DNA of 64,000 nucleotides, from assembly GCA_030390025.1 (NCBI GenBank), contig CM059452.1:8928001-8992000 (forward strand), given 5' to 3'. The position numbers were made by a program, and so were the translations under genes. The notes beneath the pieces were generated by a model that saw only the letters and a list, made by a program, of their open reading frames with translations, was not told the origin of the DNA and did not search any database. Shown here one piece after another: positions 60,442 to 64,000 of the stretch (position 1 is its first letter; every line of letters begins with the position of its first letter). This stretch comes from Squalus acanthias (taxonomy: Eukaryota).

Positions 60442-61006
60442 TGACAGAGCGCGGACTCCCAACGCCGGTCACTTTCCATCAACCAATACTGACCGACAAT
60501 CCCTCAAAATAAATTAACGTGAAAATTCTTTTTATTTCATATTTCTGCTCATTAATGTTATCCAATCCCTTACAGTTGAATAATTTCACAAGTTAGTTAC
60601 GTGTAAATGAGATGTGCACCTGGCTTTAACCCACTTCACTGATGAAGATTTCCGTGACAATTCCTGTCGCGAGCCTGCTTGTCCCGAATTTGTAATAAAT
60701 GTGAAAGTAACGCAGCCCTTATGAGAGGCAGAGTTATAAAATTTCCGAAGGGGACATTGTTATTGAATTCAGTTCCTCACAGGTGGATCCCACATGTGAC
60801 AACACTGCCCGCGGCAGCCCCGCCCACAGCTTCCGTTTGCTGCTCTCGCTCTGACCCACCTTGCCTGCCCTGTGTTATTGGAGGGATTGCTGCCTCTGTT
60901 CCCTGTTTGGCATTGGTTGGATCAGCAGTGCAGTGGGGCGGGGATCTGTATTCCTGCGCCGACAGAGGATTCCCCGGACTGCAGAGTTACAGACTCAGGG
61001 AGCGTC

Positions 61007-61469
61007 ATGTGGAACCCTCTCGCAACGCTCCTCGTCATTATATCACTTCTCAGTAAGTATTTCCTCCCCAGTGAAATCCCATTCTCCACCTGACTGCTGT
61101 AACCCAGATGTTAATGTGGTAAAATGCTGGTGATGATGATGACTATTACTATTATTTTATGTTAGAATGGAGCCACCAAGACACAGTAGAACAGCCGATC
61201 CCTGAAATGACGGTTGAAGAGGAAAGTAATGTCACACTAACCTGCACCTTGAAAACAGGCTATGCTAACCCTTCTGTGTTCTGGTACAATCACCACCCCG
61301 GTCAACCTCCACGGTACGTGGTTTATCACTATGTAGGGATAGTAAACCGGGGCCCCGGCTTTAGTGACAGATTCTCTTCTACATTCAATCAAACAACCAA
61401 GATTACCGAGCTAACGATCAGCAACGCCTTGATCTCAGACACCGCCGTGTATTTCTGTGCCATGGACCC
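61007..61469 (+). CDS. TRAV/DV: TCR alpha/delta V segment (CAM subfamily, copy 3), intact
   Basis: Leader 61007-61052 (MWNPLATLLVIISLL), V exon 61166-61469 DTVEQP...LTCTL...FWYNH...DTAVYFCAMD; RSS CACACTG-23-ACAAAAACC (61470-61508). Confidence 0.93.
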
Positions 61470-61584
61470 CACACTGCAGCAGAATATAGCGGATCCCGTA
61501 CAAAAACCCACACTGAGAGTTACAGTTAGTGCTCACCAGAGGGCGCTCTCACACCGATAAACAGAAGCGACAATTCAGCCTCCA

Positions 61585-62838
61585 AAGGTCGACAAAACAC
61601 AACACGCAACAAGATTGCAGCCTCATTACAGCCTTGGTCCAAATATGGACAAAATAGCTGAATTCCAGAGGTGAGGTGACATCAAGGCAGCATTTGACCG
61701 GATGTGGCCTCAAGGAGCCCTCGTAATTTCGGAGTCAATGGGAACCGGGGGGGTGGGGGGCAAATTCTCCACTGGCTGGAGTCATACCGAGCACAATGGA
61801 AGATGGTTGTGGCTGTTGGAGGTCAATCATCTCAGCCCCAGGACATCGCTGCAGGAGTTCCTCAGGGCAGTGTCCTAGGCCCAACCATCTTCAGCTGCTT
61901 CATCAATGACCTTCCCTCCATCATAAGGTCAGAAGTGGGGATGTTCACTGATGATTGCAGTGTTCAGTACCATTTGCAACTCCTCAGATAATGAAACAGT
62001 CCATGCCTGCATGCGGCTAGACCTGGACGACATTTAGGCTTGGGCTGATAAGTGGCAAGTAATATTCGCACCACACAAGTACCAGGCAATGATTATCTCC
62101 AACAAGCGAGAGTCTAACCCCCACCGCTTGACATTTAACGGCATTGCCATCGCCGCATCCCCCACCATGAACATCCTGGGGGGTTTACCAATGACCAGAA
62201 ACTTAACTGGACCAGCAACATAAATACAACAAGAGCGGGTCAGCGGCTCTGTATTCAGCGGGCAGGTATTCTCCTGTCTCCCCAAAGCCTTTCCACCATC
62301 TACAAGGCACAAGTCAGGAGTGTGATGGGATACTCTCCACTTGCCTGGACGAGTGCAGCTCCAACAACACTCAAGAATCTCGACACCATCCAGGACAAAG
62401 CAACCCGCTTAATTGACACCCCATCCACCACCTTAAACATTCGCTCCCTTCACCACCGTCGCACCGTGGCTGCAGTGTGTACCATCTACAAGATGCACTG
62501 CACCAACTCGTAAATGCTTCTTCGACAGCTCTTCTCAAATCCGCGACCTCTACCACATAGAAGGACACGGGCAGCAGGCTTATGGGAATAGAATCACCTG
62601 CAAGTTCCCCTGCAAGTTAGACACCATCCTGACGTGGAAATATATTGCCGTTTCTTCATCGTCGCTGGGTAAGATCCTGGAACTCCCTCCCTGACGGCAC
62701 TGTGGGAGTACCTTCACCACACGGACTACAGCGGTTCAAGAAGGCGGCTCACCACCCTCTTCTCAAGGGCAACTAGGGATGGGCAATAAATGCTGGGCTT
62801 GTCAGCGTCGCCCACATCCCGGAACGAATAATAAAAAA
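61585..62838 (+). mobile_element. HER1/CR1-clade LINE 3' portion
   Basis: [21 protein letters not shown]...FTDD; tail GGGCAACTAGGGATGGGCAATAAATGCTGG...CCCACATCCC..GAATAATAAAAAA. Confidence 0.85.
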
Positions 62839-63569
62839 GATCCAATTCAAGAATTATATTAGGTTGTGCTTTCATCTCGCATTTATAACAAAACTTAACT
62901 CCCCTTTTGTCTTTCGACGCCCTTTCCGTGCCTGCCTGCAATATTGTGCAGCCCTTTGCACATCTCCCCTGTCAGAGTCCCGGACCCTTTGATCGCGGCC
63001 TGTACACAGGGTTTATTTGATCAGAGTATGTTGCGAGGTCACAGACAGTTTATACACAATGAACACATTTCACAAGGTAGTAATTTTACTCTTTAAAACA
63101 GGCCCCAAGCACAGAGTTCCCCCAATGTCCATTGTCCTTCAGAATGTCTCTTTAATGCTGGAATTTTTTCTGTCACCATTAACAACTCCTCAGCTTCCGG
63201 GTTACAATAACCAGACAAGAGTTTCATTCCCACCCCCGGTCTCTAAAAGCGGAACCATTCCCCTATAAGGACACTGACTGTAGCCCAGCTCGGGGTGTTT
63301 CCATTCACGGGCAGCCAGCTCACCACCTACCGGTCTCACAGCACCACTGGGGACAAAAGGAAGTGAGGTGAGAGCATCCTGAGACACGACAGCAGATTAT
63401 TGAGGCCGGGGATTAGAACGGATGTCTTCAAATATCCAACCCCCCTTTTAAAGAGCGGACAGCGACAATGCGGCTACTCAGCATCTGGGCTGTTTGGGGG
63501 CATTTCTGACAGGTAATTATGGGCCAAACACATTACATCTTTTCTTTAATCTCCAAAAACTGAATTGGA

Positions 63570-63885
63570 GGCGCACAGAGATCTCGGAGGGTTGTGGGGC
63601 TGGAGGCAGTTACAGAAATAGGGAGGGGCGAGGCCATGGAGTGGGATTTGTATACACGGATGAGAATATTGAAATCGATGCGTTGCCTTACCGGGAGCCA
63701 AAGAAGGTCAGCGAGCACAGGCGTGATGGGCGAACGGGACTCGGAGCGAGTTACGATACGGGCAGTAGAGCTTTGAATGAGCTCAAGTTTACGGGTGGTG
63801 TAAGGTGGCAGGCCGGCCAGTCGAGCATTGGAATAGTCGAGTCTCGAGGTAACAAGGACGAGGGTTTCAGCGGAAGGTGAACTGT
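63570..63885 (-). mobile_element. L2-like LINE RT C-terminal fragment
   Basis: LADLLWLPVRQRIDFNILIRVYKS, the LHWLP..RI.FK motif of L2-type LINEs. Confidence 0.7.
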
Positions 63886-64000
63886 GGTCGGGGCGAGTTA
63901 AAATGCTGTTATCCAGTTAAAGCATTCGGTCCATTTTACCAGGAATAGATTTGCACGAGATAGTCCCTCACCTTCTGTTGTACCTTCCAGTCGAACAGTT

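Larger units (their letters stand above)
59170..61584 (+). repeat. Segmental duplication, inverted copy of 38371-41027
   Basis: As above; right end cut by a LINE insertion at ~61585. Confidence 0.92.

Noticed and set aside
59558-61508. Tandem V-V cassette as a NARTCR-like two-V-domain receptor
   Set aside because: Both V genes have their own leader and 23-type RSS, and no D/J segments or 12-RSS lie between them.

Overview
Eukaryotic genomic DNA from a cartilaginous fish, almost certainly an elasmobranch, covering a junction between immunoglobulin and T-cell receptor loci. The left half (11.9-29.4 kb, + strand) holds one complete, apparently intact IgH gene: leader, an already-joined in-frame VDJ exon with no RSS, D or J segments left, C-mu CH1-CH4 with secretory tail, and TM1/TM2. 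Its constant exons are typical shark IgM, but its leader and V look IgW (omega)-like, and the secretory tailpiece has lost residues normally used for polymerisation. About 9.5 kb downstream begins a dense array of 12 TCR alpha/delta-type V segments in mixed orientation (38.4-61.5 kb). Eight are intact with 23/24-bp-spacer RSSs and four are defective. The array includes an inverted two-gene duplication, two V genes lacking the conserved Trp, one V with no leader intron, and CTCF-like motifs just downstream of several RSSs. The rest is CR1/L2 LINEs, DeuSINE-like SINEs, Penelope-like elements with minimal hammerhead ribozymes, a MITE and several tandem repeats. No TCR D, J or C segment and no 12-RSS was seen. 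Family assignments rest on recalled sequence similarity, not on database searches.
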